From: Emiliania huxleyi CCMP1516
Lineage: Eukaryota
DNA length: 64,000 nucleotides
Assembly: GCF_000372725.1 (NCBI RefSeq)
Contig: NW_005202368.1
Location: 294,293-358,292 of the forward strand
Direction of reading: 5' to 3'
Shown: one piece after another, positions 11,537-25,069 of the stretch
Layout of the letters: the number at the start of each line of letters is the position of its first letter
How positions within the stretch are numbered: the first letter of the stretch is position 1
The notes under the pieces: generated by a model
Database searches by the model: none
What the model was told of the DNA's origin: nothing
What the model saw: the letters and a program-made list of their open reading frames with translations, nothing else
Made by a program: the position numbers and the translations under genes

Positions 11537-12639
11537 CATCGAGTTGAAGACGGCGGCGCGGCGACGATGTCGCCGACGCCCTCCTCCGACTCGGTCACGA
11601 GCGGGGCGAATCACCGTGAAGAACGCGGGCGCCGAAGACCCGACCGCTTTCGGGGGGGGGGTGGGTCCGCAGCGTTGAAAGCCGAGCACGTTTGCGATGG
11701 CACTTGCCATGTGTCGCCCTCGCCCTTGCGCGCGACGACGATGGAGGAGAGAGCGAGTCGGGGACGGAGGTGCCGGAGGAGAGCACGATGGTGCCCATCA
11801 CGATGCCCGGGATGTTGAGGATGCAGAGCCGACGCACGTGTACTGGACGCAGGCCACCTGGGGGCGGGGGGGGAATAAGGCTTGCGGTGGGGAGGCGGGT
11901 GGGTGGAGGGAAGTGCAGAAGGGTGTGGCGAGGGGGTTGGCGGGGAGGGCGGTGCGGGGGGGAGGTGGTGACTGTTGGTGAGGGGGGAAGGGGTGCGAGG
12001 TGGTGGGTGTGTGGGTGTGTGGGTGTGTGCAGAGTTGGGCCGGCGGTGCGGCGGCAGCGCACGTGATGAGGATGCAGATCCAGGCGACCGACATGCCGAA
12101 GTTCCACGTGAACCAGTACTTGCACTTGTCGCGCATCGACTCCGGCATCGACAGCTTGAAGGCGGAGATAAGCGGACACGAGAAGGCCGATGCAATTATA
12201 CGAGGAGGAGGAGGGACTCGTACCGGCAAGGAGGAGGAGGTCGAGAGCGAAGAAGAAGAGGAAGAAGAAGAGGAGGAGGACGGAGAGGATGTAGAACGGA
12301 GAAGTCGCACAGCACAGGGAACTTGGTGATAGGGAAGTGGGCTGTGTTTGCGTTTCTTTGTGGGGACGTTGGAAGGGTGGAGGCATCTAGATGGAGATGA
12401 AGAGCGAGGCGCACCTCAGACTCGGCACCTGATCGGACGGAGGCAGCCCGGTGAGCGGGGGGAGAAATAGAGGATGCGGCGGCGGCCGGCGGACGGCGCT
12501 CAGCGCGCATGGGCAAATTCAGCGCGGAGCGGGCGGCGCAGGCCCGGAGCCCTAGCGCGGGCGTGGCGCGGCAGGGCGCGGCGCGGGCGCGGTGGCGCGC
12601 AGAGATGCTGGCCACGCTGCTCGACCGGCGGTGGCCGCA

Positions 12640-13300
12640 CCTGCGAACGGAGAGGGGCAGGCGGTGAGGACACTCGAGCGACGCGCCCAAGCCGCAGGCG
12701 GCGCAGTGTGGTGGAGGGGAGGAGGCGGCGGCGCGCAAAAGCGGCGCGCCGCCGGCGAGGGTGTGGGATCGGGGCGGCGGCGAGCACGCAGCGGCGTGTC
12801 GGGGGCGGGGGGGCGGGGGCGGGCGACGCGGGCGGCCGCCGCCGCTCCGCGCCGTCGACCCACACCTGCGGAGCAGAGGCAGGCAGCAGGGTCAAGGTGG
12901 TCAGCGCGGGCGTCGGGCGGAGAGCTCCGGCTGACGTCTCGTGCGCTGTCTCGCGAGGCAAAGGAGCGGCGCGCAGCCAGGGCCCGTGTCTGGAGCAGAG
13001 AGGCTCGCCGCGCCGCGGGCGGGCACAAGCTGGAGGACAACCTGGCTTGTGGTGAAGGCGACGAGGGGGACGCGCTGCGGAGGTCGAGGGGAACGATCGT
13101 GCCGAGGTGAACGCGAGATTCGCAAAAAGAATTTCACAAAAAGGCTCTCGCACACGCACGATTCACACGACAGACAAGGCGCAGACGACGGCTTCCTTAG
13201 AAGCCATTGTCCTCGCCACAAGAGCCGGCGTCCGAAATCCCCTCCTCCGACACCCGCCCCACCCCACCCCACCCCGGACCCCTCCCCAAAGCCCCACCCC
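12640..13300. repeat. Composite repeat: copy 2 of 21-440, followed by a segment also found at 51958-52131
   Basis: 'aaaagaatttca...cacacgcacgattcacacgacagacaaggcgcagacgacggcttccttagaagcc...cccaaagcccca' occurs at both 13125-13295 and 51960-52131. Confidence 0.9.
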
Positions 13301-13470
13301 GTCCCGACCCACCCCGCCCTCCCCGCCGGACCCTCCCCAAAGCCGCAATCGACTCCGCCCCCCATCTGCGCGTGCGCTCGCCACCCGCGCCGCCGTCTCC
13401 CCCATGCGCACTTGCGCCAGCAGCCGTCCCGCCTGGCGCCTCGCCCGCCGCCCGCCGCCTCGCCCGGTCC

Positions 13471-14250
13471 TCACGCCCGCCCGCTCGACCGCCGCCTCCG
13501 CTGGCGTCCTGACAGCCGCCCCGCCCGCCACCTGATCCACGCCCTTGTCCAGCAGCCTTTCCTTGTATCTGTGGTAAAAGTTGTCGTCAATGCCCGCACG
13601 CTCGAAGAGAGGCCTGAGCCCCTCTCTCGGGTCGATGGCGGGCGGAGCCGACCGGCAAAGATCTTCGTGTCGCCGATGCAGGGCAGGTCCCCGATCACGC
13701 CCTGGTAAATGTACAAGTCCGTCCTCGTAGTGCTGTGCTCGCAGTGAAACTCGTGCTCCACCGCGCCGCGCCCAAGCTTGCCCCGCAGCAGCTCGACAAG
13801 GTCCAGGAGGACCTCCTTGTGCCGCCTGCGGTGGCCCGCCGCGCCGTCGTTCTGCGCCACGTCGCCGAGGGCGTCAAAGGGCAGATCGTGCTGGCTGTAG
13901 ATGCCGTCCGCCATGACGTCCGTCATCATCGACAGGTGCAATCCGAAGCGGCGCTGCAGCGCGAAGCGCAGCACGTACGAGGGCAGACGGAAGTGCGCGC
14001 GGGTCGGGATCGCGTTCAAGAATGCACCCGCGCCGAACTGGCTCGCCGAGACAAACCGCACCTGCTCCCTCCTCCCTGCGCGGCCCGCCGCCGCATGCAT
14101 CTCCCTCCAGGCCGAATGGTGAATCGTCGCGGAGTATGAATCGGCGCTGAGCGTGTTGTAGAAGATTGCTGCGCGAGCTCCATTCAGTAAGCGGAAGGTA
14201 TGCATGTGCCGGGGGCAGCCCTCTCGGGTTGTAGATGCGGTAGGTAGGTA
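13471..14250 (-). mobile_element. Fragment of an RLE-type (CRE-like) non-LTR retrotransposon (post-RT region / endonuclease)
   Basis: 'AGAFLNAIP....L....RFALQRRFGL', 'DALGD....GHRRRH' and 'RTDLYI...IGDTKI' match the AGAWLxAxP / RH / RxD...D motif order of RLE LINEs. Confidence 0.7.
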
Positions 14251-14989
14251 CCTCCTATCCCAAAAGTTATTTAGTACCACCCCCCTACCGCCGCCCAGTA
14301 CGTGCTCCGCAGCTGAGCCCACGCACCCCACAGCAGCTCAGGGACACAATGAGCTCGCATACAAGTGCTGGTACGCACAGCTCGACGCGTACTCGAATGC
14401 TGCCACTGTCATTCTAGCCGGCGAGCGGCGGCGTCACAGCGTCGACTCTCGCATCGAGATGAGACGCACTGCTTGCCCAGACGCGCGCCTTGGCGCGCTC
14501 CTGTGGTGCAGGAGGAAGGCCAGCGGTCGTGCTGCGCAGGCCCGGCCGTCTGGCTGAAGGGAGCAGCAGCTGGCGCTCAACAGCAGCGCTGGCGAGCGGC
14601 GCAGCCACACCACACTCCCGCCAAGCCACGTGTCATTTCCCGCCAAGATTTGGCGCCAAAATGGCACTTTAGTGTCCACCTAGCCACGTGGTCGCGGCCT
14701 GAAGCTCCAAGCTTCTGGGAGTGAGGTGCACACATCGAGGACTCCATTTGTGTGCAGGCGGCACCCTTCCGATCGTTCGCCGATGTCCGAAACCGGGGTG
14801 AAGCCATCGCGACCGGTACTCTACCGGTCGCACCGTTGCTTGACGGCGCCTGGGGACGTACGCATCGCGACGAAGGTGTGAATGTGAAATCTCGCCGTAC
14901 TAAGCGGCGTTTTTCAAAGGAGCCTCGCGCGGGGATATGGGACCGGGGCTAGGGTTATCGGAGGTGGAGAATTAAAACGGGCCCCCCAA

Positions 14990-15424
14990 CTTGTGCCGCC
15001 TGCGGTGGCCCGCCGCGCCGTCGTTCTGCGCCACGTCGCCGAGGGCGTCAAAGGGCAGATCGTGCTGGCTGTAGATGCCGTCCGCCATGACGTCCGTCAT
15101 CATCGACAGGTGTAATCCGAAGCGGCGCTGCAGCGCGAAGCGCAGCACGTACGAGGGCAGACGGAAGTGCGGCGCGGGTCGGGATCGCGTTCAAGAATGC
15201 ACCCGCGCCGAACTGGCTCACCGAGACAAACCGCACCTGCTCCCTCCTCCCTGCGCGGCCCGCCGCCGCATGCATCTCCCTCCAGGCCGAATGGTGAATC
15301 GTCGCGGAGTATGAATCGGCGCTGAGCGTGTTGTAGAAGATTGCTGCGCGAGCTCCATTCAGTAAGCGGAAGGTATGCATGTGCCGGGGGCAGCCCTCTC
15401 GGGTTGTAGATGCGGTAGGTAGGT
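14990..15424 (-). mobile_element. Near-identical local duplicate of 13816-14250 (frameshifted retroelement fragment)
   Basis: Direct repeat of about 435 bp with a 1-bp insertion near 15171. Confidence 0.85.
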
Positions 15425-15592
15425 AGGTAGGTAGAAAGGTGAAGAAAACAGTCAGGCTTGGACTGGACACCAACGCGGTATGGCGGTAGGCGGCCCCAAG
15501 AGTTGTTCACAGCTGGGGGGGGAACAACTCTCACAGAAACTTCTGGGAAACAACTCCCACGAGAACGCCGTTCCCAGATCTCCCACCTTTCG

Positions 15593-18500
15593 ATGCGCCT
15601 CCTTCTGCTCGGCCTGCTTGCGGGGCTCGCGGTCGCCGAGAGCGGCCCGACCCTCATCCCTGGCGACGCCCTCGGCTCGGACTCGGCCATGCACGCCAGC
15701 ATCGACCACGACTGGAAGACCTGCTCCGCCTTTCACGGCTGCCGCGGCGGCGACCGTTCGGAGAAGATGGTGAGTGTCGAACTCGCCGGCGCCGGCGCGG
15801 CCGGATCGAGCGCACATCACGCGCCGAACGCCTCCGCGTCGCTCGCCGGCGCGGAGGCCCACAAGTGCACCATGAACGAGTGCCCGTGCGCGACCAGCGA
15901 GTCTGGGGACGCAAACGTGTGCTGCAAGGACAACAAGTTGAGCGAGTTCTCGATCGAGGGCGATTCGGCGCGCGCCACTCCTGGCCGGCCCTCCCTCCGC
16001 GAGGGCTGGTGGTGCTGCGCCTCTGCGGCGGTGCTGCTCCTCGAAGCGTGCGGCGCCTGCTGGCTGCTGCTGGGGCAGCGGGCGCCGCGCTCCGGTGCAG
16101 CCTCGCGGCAGCGATCCAGCAAGGCGGTCCGTCCCCGGCTGAGCAAAAAGGGCCGCGGCCGCGGCTCGCACCGGCGACCGAAGCCGCGCGGACCGCAGGT
16201 GCGCAAATGCAAGTCGCCGTCCGGCTCTGGCGGCACTGGCACTAGCGCTGGCGCCGCCGCCGGCGCTGGCATCCGCTGCACTGGCATCCGCGCCGGTCTC
16301 AAGCAGGCAACCGGCCGCGTGCAGAGCAGCTTTGCGGGTGCCCCATGCGCCACCATGTGCATCTGGTCTTGCTTCATCCGCACCGGCCTCTGCGCGTCTG
16401 TGGCCGGCCCGGCGGCCAGCAGGGCGGTCCTTCCCCGGCTGAGCAAGAGCCGCAGCTCGGTGGCCTACTTGCTCCTGCTGCTCGTTTTCTTCCCCGTGGC
16501 TCGGGCTGGCTCGGGCGAGGCTGGCTCGGGGGGCGAGGCTGATTGCGCGGACGATGCAGCGTTCAGAGATCCTTACGGCTACAGTTGCTCCGACTGGCTC
16601 GGATATGATTGCAGCTTCTACACGGGCTACAGTCCAGTTGAATTGGCCATTCTCCGCGAAAACTGCCCTCTCAGCTGCGGCAGTTGTTCGCCACCGCCGC
16701 TCCAGCCGCTACCCCCGCTGCCGCCACCACCACCCTCTGCACCGCCGACGCCACCTCTGCTCCCGCCACCACCGCCGCCGCCACCTCTGCTCCCGCCACC
16801 ACCGCCGCCGCCACCTCTGCTCCCGCCACCACCGCCGCCGCCGCTGCCTCCGCCGTGTCCGCCGACGCCGCCACTGTCCCCCTCCCCCTCTCCCCTCTTC
16901 CTCGACCAAACCCCATCCGCAGACGGCCGCCGCCGCTTCCCGCTGCCGGCCGTCCGCCCAAGCGGCAGTTTTGCTTACCCGCCGTTGCCAAACTGCTCCG
17001 CCACCAACAGGGTCGGGTGCATCGGTGTCCCAATGACGGTTCTGTCGCCGCTGGCAGCCTGGAACGGCTCGCTGGAGTTGGCGGGCGATGTGGCCGACTA
17101 CTTCACTTCGGCCGTCGATGGAGACTTGGGGTTCACCATCCCTGGAGGGAGCAGCAACACTTACTCCACTTCGGTGGCGGACGTCGACGGGGACGGGAAC
17201 ATGGACGTCGTCGTCGGCAACTACGGCGAAGAGAACCAAGTCCTCTTTGGGAGCGCGGGCGGAAGGACCTTCTCCGAGGTCGCCCTTCCTGGAGGGAGCA
17301 GCAACACTTACTCCACCTCGGTGGCGGACGTCGACCGGGACGGGAACATGGACATCGTCGTCGGCAACTACGGCGAAGCGAACCAGGTCCTCTTTGGGAG
17401 CGCGGGCGGAAGGACCTTCTCCGAGTTCGCCCTTCCTGGAGGGAGCAGGAACACGTACTCCACCTCGGTGGCGGACGTCGACGGGGACGGGAACATGGAC
17501 ATCGTCGTCGGCAACTACGGCGAAGCGAACCAGGTCCTCTTTGGGAGCGCGGGCGGAAGGACCTTCTCCGAGTTCGCCCTTCCTGGAGGGAGCAGCAACA
17601 CTTACTCCACCTCGGTGGCGGACGTCGACCGGGACGGGATCGTGGACGTCGTTGTCGGCAACCACGGCACAGAGAACCAGGTCCTGTTTGGGAGCGCGGG
17701 TGGGAGGGCCTTCTCCGAGGTCGCCCTTCCCGGAGGGAGCAGGTACACTTACTCCACCTCGGTGGCGGACGTCGACCAGGACGGGAACATGGACATCGTT
17801 ATCGGCAACCTCGGCGCAGCGAACCAGGTCCTCTTTGGGAGCGCGGATGGAAGGACCTTCTCCGAGTTCGCCCTTCCTGGAGGGAGCAGGTACACTTACT
17901 CCACCTCGGTGGCGGACGTCGACCGGGATGGCATCCTGGACATCGTCGTCGGCAACTCCGGCGCAGCGAACCAGGTCCTGTTTGGGAGCGCGGGTGGGAG
18001 GGCCTACTCCGATGTCGCCCTTCCTGGAGGGAGCAGGAACACGTACTCCACCTCGGTGGCGGACGTCGACCAGGACGGGATCNNNNNNNNNNNNNNNNNN
18101 NNNNNNNNNNNNNNNNNNNNNNNNNNNNNNNNNNNNNNNNNNNNNNNNNNNNNNNNNNNNNNNNNNNNNNNNNNNNNNNNNNNNNNNNNNNNNNNNNNNN
18201 NNNNNNNNNNNNNNNNNNNNNNNNNNNNNNNNNNNNNNNNNNNNNNNNNNNNNNNNNNNNNNNNNNNNNNNNNNNNNNNNNNNNNNNNNNNNNNNNNNNN
18301 NNNNNNNNNNNNNNNNNNNNNNNNNNNNNNNNNNNNNNNNNNNNNNNNNNNNNNNNNNNNNNNNNNNNNNNNNNNNNNNNNNNNNNNNNNNNNNNNNNNN
18401 NNNNNNNNNNNNNNNNNNNNNNNNNNNNNNNNNNNNNNNNNNNNNNNNNNNNNNNNNNNNNNNNNNNNNNNNNNNNNNNNNNNNNNNNNNNNNNNNNNNN

Positions 18501-21500
18501 NNNNNNNNNNNNNNNNNNNNNNNNNNNNNNNNNNNNNNNNNNNNNNNNNNNNNNNNNNNNNNNNNNNNNNNNNNNNNNNCGGTGGCGGACGTCGACCGGG
18601 ACGGGAACATGGACGTCGTCGTCGGCAACTACGGCGCAGCGAACCAAGTCCTCTTTGGGAGCGCGGGCGGAAGGAACTTCTCCGAGGTCGCCCTTCCTGG
18701 AGGGAGCAGGAATACGTACTCCACCTCGGTGGCGGACGTCGACGGGGACGGGAACATGGACATCGTTGTCGGCAACTACGGCGAAGCGAACCAGGTCCTG
18801 TTTGGGAGCGCAGGTGGGAGGGGTTTCACCGAGTTCGCCCTTCCTGGAGGGAGCGGGCAAACTCGCTCCACTTCGGCGGCGGACGTCGATGGGGACGGGA
18901 TCCTGGACATCGTCGTCGGCAACAAGTACGCAGCGAACCAAGTCCTCTTTGGGAGCACGGGCGGAAGGACCTTCACCGAGGTCGCCCTTCCTGGAGGGAA
19001 CACAAGTACTCGCTCCACCTTGGTGGCGGACGTCGACGGGGACGGGAACATGGACGTCGTTGTCGGCAACTACGGCGCAGCGAACCAGGTCCTGTTTGGG
19101 AGCGCGGGCGGAAGGAACTTCACCAAGGTCGCCCTTCCTGGAGGGAGCAGGAACACGTACTCCACCTCGGTGGCGGACGTCGACGGGGACGGGATCGTGG
19201 ACATCGTGGTCGGCAACTTCGGCACAGAGAACCAGGTCTTTTTTGTTGGCTTCTGCCCGACGGGAGGTGCACAGGTCCACGGCAAGAGCTGGTGCTACAA
19301 GTGCCCTTCCTTCATGGGACTCGCGGGCGCCTCCTGCGTGGAGTGCCTCCCCGACTTTGTGCAGCAGCCCGGGAGCGGAGAGCTCTGCGCATCAGACCCC
19401 TGCCCCCTTGGCGAGCGCCCGTTCGGCAGCGACGCGTGCACCGCTTGCAAGGACAAGCCGGGCGTCTTCTACAACACCAGCGCCGCCGCGGCGCGCACAG
19501 AGCGCGACTCAACCACATGGATTCAACCCAGTTGCGTGGAGTGCCCAATGGGCAGCGTCGCGAACGGTGTCGCCGTCGACGAGTGCTTTGCTTGCGCTGC
19601 GGGTTCGTACCAGAACCTGATTGGCCAGGCCGAGTGCAAGCGGTGCCCCGCGGGCCAGTTTCAGCCGGAGCGCGGACAGACGTCGTGCGACAGGTGTGCC
19701 ACGGGCGGATACTGTGATGATGCCGAGAACTGTGGCGGCGGCTTCACGCCCTGCCCAGCGGGTACATTCAACGAGAAGACGGGTAGCAGCTCGTCCGACG
19801 CCTGTCAGCCGTGCCCCCCCGGAACCTCTAGCCCGACCGCCGGCGCAGACAGCAGCGAGACGTGCGCGAGCTGCCGTGCTGGGACGTTTGGTGGCGAGCC
19901 CGGGCTGAGTGAGTGCACGGACTGCCCTCCCGGCGCGTCGTCAAACCAAGGGAGCGATTCGTGCGAATCGTGTGAGGCGGGCTCTTACGCCGCCAACGCT
20001 GGCCAGGGCCAGTGCATCCCATGTCCTCATCCCCTCGGTAGTGGGCGCGGCGACGTCATTTGCTCCGTCTGCATGAAGGACTACTACCTGCTCTCGAGCG
20101 CCGACCCCGACGACATCTTCAAATCCCCGACCGATTACTGCAAGTCCTGCCCGCCGAACGCCGACTGCCCAGTCAACACGACTCTCCAGTCCCTCGGTAT
20201 CCCGGCCGGCTTCTGGCGCGCTAGCCCCTTCAGCGCCGTGTTGACAGAGTGCGGCGGCTTTGGCGGCGATGGCGAGGCCGGCAAGCAGCGATGCGCCGGC
20301 AGCGAGGCAAAGGCCTCTCGTCGCCGGAGGATGGAGGCTTCGGACGAGTACTGCGCTTCCGGCTTCACTGGCCCGGAGTGCCAGCTCTGCGTCGCAGCGA
20401 ATCACTACCTCGTCGACGGATACACGTGCGAAGAATGCGCTCCGCGCGCCGCTGTGGCTGGCCGCATTGTCGCCCTCGTCATCGGTGCCTGTATTGCCTG
20501 TGGCCTCGCGGTTTGGGCCTACAGCATGACGAAATGGCGGAAGGAGCGCTTCATCGGCCGCGTGCTCCGCTTTGCCGATCGTGCCGTCTACATTTACGTC
20601 GCGATCGGCCTCACGGCCAAGACCAAGGTTCTAATAGATGCTCCCGTTGGTTGGGAACCGATATTAGCAAGCGCCGACCTCGGTGATAGTCCATATTAGC
20701 AAGCTAATAACCGACCTGATAGGTGCTCTTTGGATTCTACCAGATCTGCACCGTGTTGTCCTCCACCTACTCGGCGCGGCTGCCGCCAGAGTACACGGGC
20801 TGGACCGACAAGCTGGCTAATACGGTCTCAATCGACTGGTCTGGCCTTTTCCTGCCGCAGCAGTGCCTCGGCTACGATTTGCGGCTGCTCGCCATCGCTC
20901 TCTCGCCCGTCGCCTTCATCGCACTGCTCATGGCAGCCGGGATAAGCCTGCGGCTCTACCGCTGGCGTGCCGCGCCGCCACCGCGCCCAATGGAAGCGAC
21001 GCCGGGAGCCGACACCGATGCAGCATTCGGCCTCGTGGAAGCATCGATGTCGGTGATGTCGGCGATCGCTGACGCGATAAACGCAGACGAGGACGCTCCG
21101 CGTGCGGCGCCGTGGTATGCTGAGGCGGCCCTCGGCGTCCTCGATCTCACGCCTGCCGGTTTGGTGCTCATCTTCTGCTTCGTGCCCTCCATCAGCGCCT
21201 CCATCTTCCGCGCGTGGTCATGCAAGGTAATGCCCCCAAACTGTTGACTGCTGCCGAAACCGACCCCCCTTCAGCGCTCGCCGTGTGTCGCTCATAGGCC
21301 TACACCATCTCTCCGCCCGACTCGCCTCTCGAGCAGGTCTCCTACATGCGGCTGGACGCGAGCGTCGAATGCTACACCGAGGATCACGAGTCCATCGCCG
21401 ACCTCGCCATCGGCCTTATCGCCCTGTGGCCTGCGGGCTCGCTGATCCTCTTCACTTCGCTCCTCGTCGCCTGCTACAAGCCGCTACAGGCCAAGAGGCC

Positions 21501-23488
21501 GAATGCCCTGACGCGGGCCACCGGCTTCCTCCACCGGGAGTACAAGAAAAAATGCTACTGGTGGGAGGTGGTCGAGCTGGCGCGCAAGCTCGTGCTCACG
21601 GGCTTCGTGCTGCTGATCCCGGAGAAGAGCGCCTTCCTTCGCCTCGTGGTGGCGACCCTCGTCTGCTCCTTCTACGCCGTCGTGCTCGCCGTCGTGCGGC
21701 CCTTCAAGCGGGTCGAGGATAACGTGCTGGCCGTGGTGCGCCAGCCACCCCTCACCCCCTTTACACTTGCTAAAGCGAGGCACGGCTTGGATTGCAGGCC
21801 ACCAGCCTCGTGCTCCTCCTCCTCTTCCTCGCCGCGAACTGGACGACCATCTTCCTCGGTATCATTGAGCGCTCCAGCGTCGACACCGCCGATGCAGTCC
21901 TCGGCTTCGATAACCTGTCTGAGATCATCAACTCGATGCTCGTCCTCGTCGGCGTGACGCTGCTCTTCTTCCTCATCGGTGCCGTCTTCTCCGCCCGCCA
22001 CGCCAAGGAGGTTCCCACGATCCGCCTCGTCTCGACCAACCAGCCGCCCGAGCTGAGCGTCGGGATGGGCATCACGTGGCATCTCTTCAACAGCCACATC
22101 TGGAGTACCGGTCAAGACGCCGTCGCGGTCATCAAGAAGCAGCTGCAGATCCTGCTGCCTGGCATCAAGATCTTCCTCGACGCGCGCGCATGCTGCCCAG
22201 TCGCGCTGCATGGCGAGCAAAGCCCCTCTGACGCACCGCGGTGCGCGCATAGGTAGATGACCTCAAGGATATCGGAGCGCTCGAGGAGTACATCCAGCGC
22301 TCGCAGGTCATCCTCTTCTTCCTCTCTAGGGGCTACTTCAAGTCCAGGGCGCCTCATGCTTCTATCCTGCCTCTGTCATAGCCCAAGCTCCCTTGCCTCA
22401 CCCCGTGCCCGCCTGTGCGCCATAGAACTGCCTTCGAGAGGTCCGCTCGTCGCTCGAGATGGACAAGCCGCTCGTCCTCGTCCAAGAGGCCGACCCGGCC
22501 AAGGGCGGCGGGACGCTACCAGCGCTGCGCGCAGAGTGCCCCGAGGAGCTCCAGCCCGACATCTTTGACAAGGACTGGCCGCTCACGATCTGGTACCGGA
22601 TCAAGGAGTTTCAGATTGTCTCGCTCAAGATCACCGCCGAGGCGCCCCCGCCCGCAGCCAGAGCCCCTCCGCAGTCCTCTCCCTCTCCCGACCAACCCCA
22701 CTTGAACTCTACAGGCGCTGCTCCTTTGTTCGCCCAACTTTCTGGACAGCACCTCCCTTCCGCTCACAGTGACGGGCGAGCTGCGGATCAGGGCATTCGG
22801 CTTCTCCACGTTCGCAAAGGTCTGGGCCTCTCCGGCCAACGCCGGCGCAAAGGAGCTGGCCGATGAGCTCGTCGCCGCCTTTCCCGGCCTCACCGTCTCC
22901 ACCGCCGAGGAGGCTGGCGACGCGACCCACATGCTGCTCTACCTCAACGAGCACAGCTTCAGCGACGAGCGGCTGGCCGAGCAGGTTACGCAGGCGCGCC
23001 AGGACAGGCTGCCGATCGTCATGGCGCACGAGAACGACCCGGACCGCGGCGGCTGCGAGTTCGCCAAGTTTTTTGAGACCACGCCGCAGGTGGAGCGAGT
23101 GACACCCGTCCTGAGCCTCCCCTCCCCCCACAAACCTCTCCTTCCAACGCCGCAGGAGCTCATCGCGGGCGGGCTCTACAAGGACCTCGCGCGCTCGTGC
23201 TTCCCCGGGCGCCACCGCGAGGCGCGCGCTCGCCCCCTCGCCGCCTGGTGGGCGCTCACCGGCCGTCACGCCGCGCTGCTCAACCCGCCCCCCGCGTAGG
23301 CGTCGCTCGTGCTCCTCGCAAAGGGTCTCGGCGCGACTCCGGTCAAGAGCGCCGACCTCAGATCGAGCATCGTGCGCCGCACGTCAACGGCCTTCCGCAG
23401 CCTTGGCGGCGTCCGGCTCCGCGCCTCAGAGCGCTCAACCTCGGGAGAAGCCGAGGCAGCGACGTCGGCATCGGCAGAGCACGTGTAG
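15593..23488 (+). CDS. Receptor-like protein A: ShKT-like Cys domain, poly-Pro, FG-GAP repeat array, GCC2/ephrin-receptor-like Cys-rich repeats, about 8-9 TM helices, TIR plus a second TIR-like domain
   Basis: Signal-like MRLLLLGLLAGLAVA at 15593 (true start uncertain). Inferred introns: 20628-20722, 21227-21297, 21736-21797, 22182-22252, 22349-22425, 22642-22714, 23090-23155, 23222-23299. Splicing gives 'WHLFNSHIWSTGQDAVAVIKKQLQILLPGIKIFLDVDDLKDIGALEEYIQRSQVILFFLSRGYFKSRNCLREV' (TIR). Stop TAG ends at 23488. The frame across the N gap cannot be verified. Confidence 0.85.
17141..19245 (+). repeat. Coding tandem repeat of 147 bp (49-aa FG-GAP/VCBS blades), at least 12 units, interrupted by a gap
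   Basis: Units start at 17141, 17288, 17435, 17582, 17729, 17876 and 18023, and after the gap at about 18696, 18843, 18990 and 19137. Each has the Ca-binding-type motif DVDGDGxxD. Confidence 0.95.
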
Positions 23489-23881
23489 CCGAGTAGAGCG
23501 GCGTTGAGAGCGTGGCATCTGCTGCAAGCGCCAGTGGGGTGGCGGGAGCCGCGTCTCCCACGTAGCGATGGCGTAACCGCAAACTAGTTGAGGGTCGTCC
23601 CACGGTCCTGTGCTCATCACCAGGATGCCAGAGGGGCACGGCCCGGTGCGCTCTTTGCGTGAGGGCCTAGTGGGAATGCGCAATTGCGTCGTGAGCGACC
23701 CGCGCCGTACGGGGTGTGCGTGTGGAGGGTGAGTTGACCAGGGTTGTGCGTTGGGCCCTCCTGCTCGGCTCCAGCGAGTAGACAAGTGTTGTCATCAGCT
23801 TGTCATCAACAGAGTAGAAGGATCTGACCTCGGGGCCGATGTGGCCAAGCGGCAAGGTCATGCCAAGGCGAGGCAGAGGTC

Positions 23882-24136
23882 ATGCCAGGAGAGAAAGACG
23901 ACCACAAGATTGTACACGCCGACATCACACTCGCAGAGGGAGACGCCGAAGAAGGATTAGGACAGCACAGGCGGATTGGAGTAAGACTAGACGACTGGGA
24001 CGAGGCGGAATGGGCGACGTACGGGTCCATGAAGAACATGTGGCAAATAGGAGGAGAGACGTGGACAAGGACGGGACGACCTCGATCGCGTCCTCTGCCA
24101 GCTTGCGAGGACCGCACGCGCCAGTGGGTCCATTGA
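23882..24136 (+). mobile_element. Possible LINE fragment (end of an AP-endonuclease domain)
   Basis: 'DDHKIVHADI' resembles the terminal SDHxxV motif. The match is short and isolated. Confidence 0.25.
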
Positions 24137-24185
24137 CCACGCCGTATGGCACCTCTCGCGCGTCCACCCGCTCGCACTACACCTT

Positions 24186-24473
24186 TCGCGCGCCTGACCC
24201 AGGCGCGAGAAACGAATCTGCGAGGCGTGGCCGCTTATGCGGTCCGATGGGGAGGAACGGGGCGAGCCCCCTCCAACCCACCCGCGCTAGGTCTCGGGTT
24301 TGACGCATGGGGTCACTCCCGCGAAACTCGTGAACTAGCCGGGGCAGTCGGAGAAGGGGCAACTCCGTGCACTGACGGTCGGCCGCCAGAAAACACGCCT
24401 GCGTGGATCGCGTCACACCAATCCTCGCTACCCAACGCGGCCAAAGAATATCCACCTCGAGAACCTCGAGAAC
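24186..24473 (-). mobile_element. SINE-like dispersed repeat (reverse orientation copy)
   Basis: Reverse complement of the family at 41857-42430, 43667-44015, 50421-50615 and 56381-56577. Confidence 0.8.
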
Positions 24474-25069
24474 ACCTTTCACTCCGCCGCCATCTCCGCC
24501 GCCATCGTTCACCGCCGACGCCCTCACCATTCAGAACTCCCGGCTGCCACCCCAACCGCCGCGCCGCCCGCCGCCGATGGCCCGGCCGCCACCGTCACCG
24601 TTGGCGGCCGCCTCCCGCCCTCCCGCACCGCCGCCCTCGCCACTGCCACCCGCGCCGCCGCCTCGCCAACGCTGCCGCCGACCCACCCTCCCGCCCGCCG
24701 CCGCTGCCGCCACGCCGCCGCTGCCGCCCTCCGGGCCGCCTCCTGCCCCGCCACCTGCCTCGCCGCCGCCCACGCGACTGGCCTCGCCGCCGCCAACGTC
24801 ACCGCCCTCCCCACCGCCCTCCCCACCGCCCTCCCCTCCGCTCTCACCGCCGCCGACGCGCCGCCACGCCGCCTCTGCCTGCCGGCCTCCTGCGTTCTCG
24901 CCCCACCTCCCACACACCACCACCGACCTCCCCGCGCCCCCACACGCCGGCCCCGCGCACCCACGCCACCACCATCGCCCACGTCGCCCTCCCCGACCCC
25001 CACCCCGCGCCCCAGGCTCTTCACAGCTCCGCTCGGGGCGTCCTGGCGCCGCCGCCCCAACCGCTGCGG

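Noticed and set aside
12000..12329. Small acidic ORF
   Set aside because: No identifiable homology, and it is embedded in repeat-derived sequence.
17141..19245. Regular repeat array as a CRISPR
   Set aside because: The 147-bp units are contiguous and in-frame coding, with no unique spacers and no cas genes.
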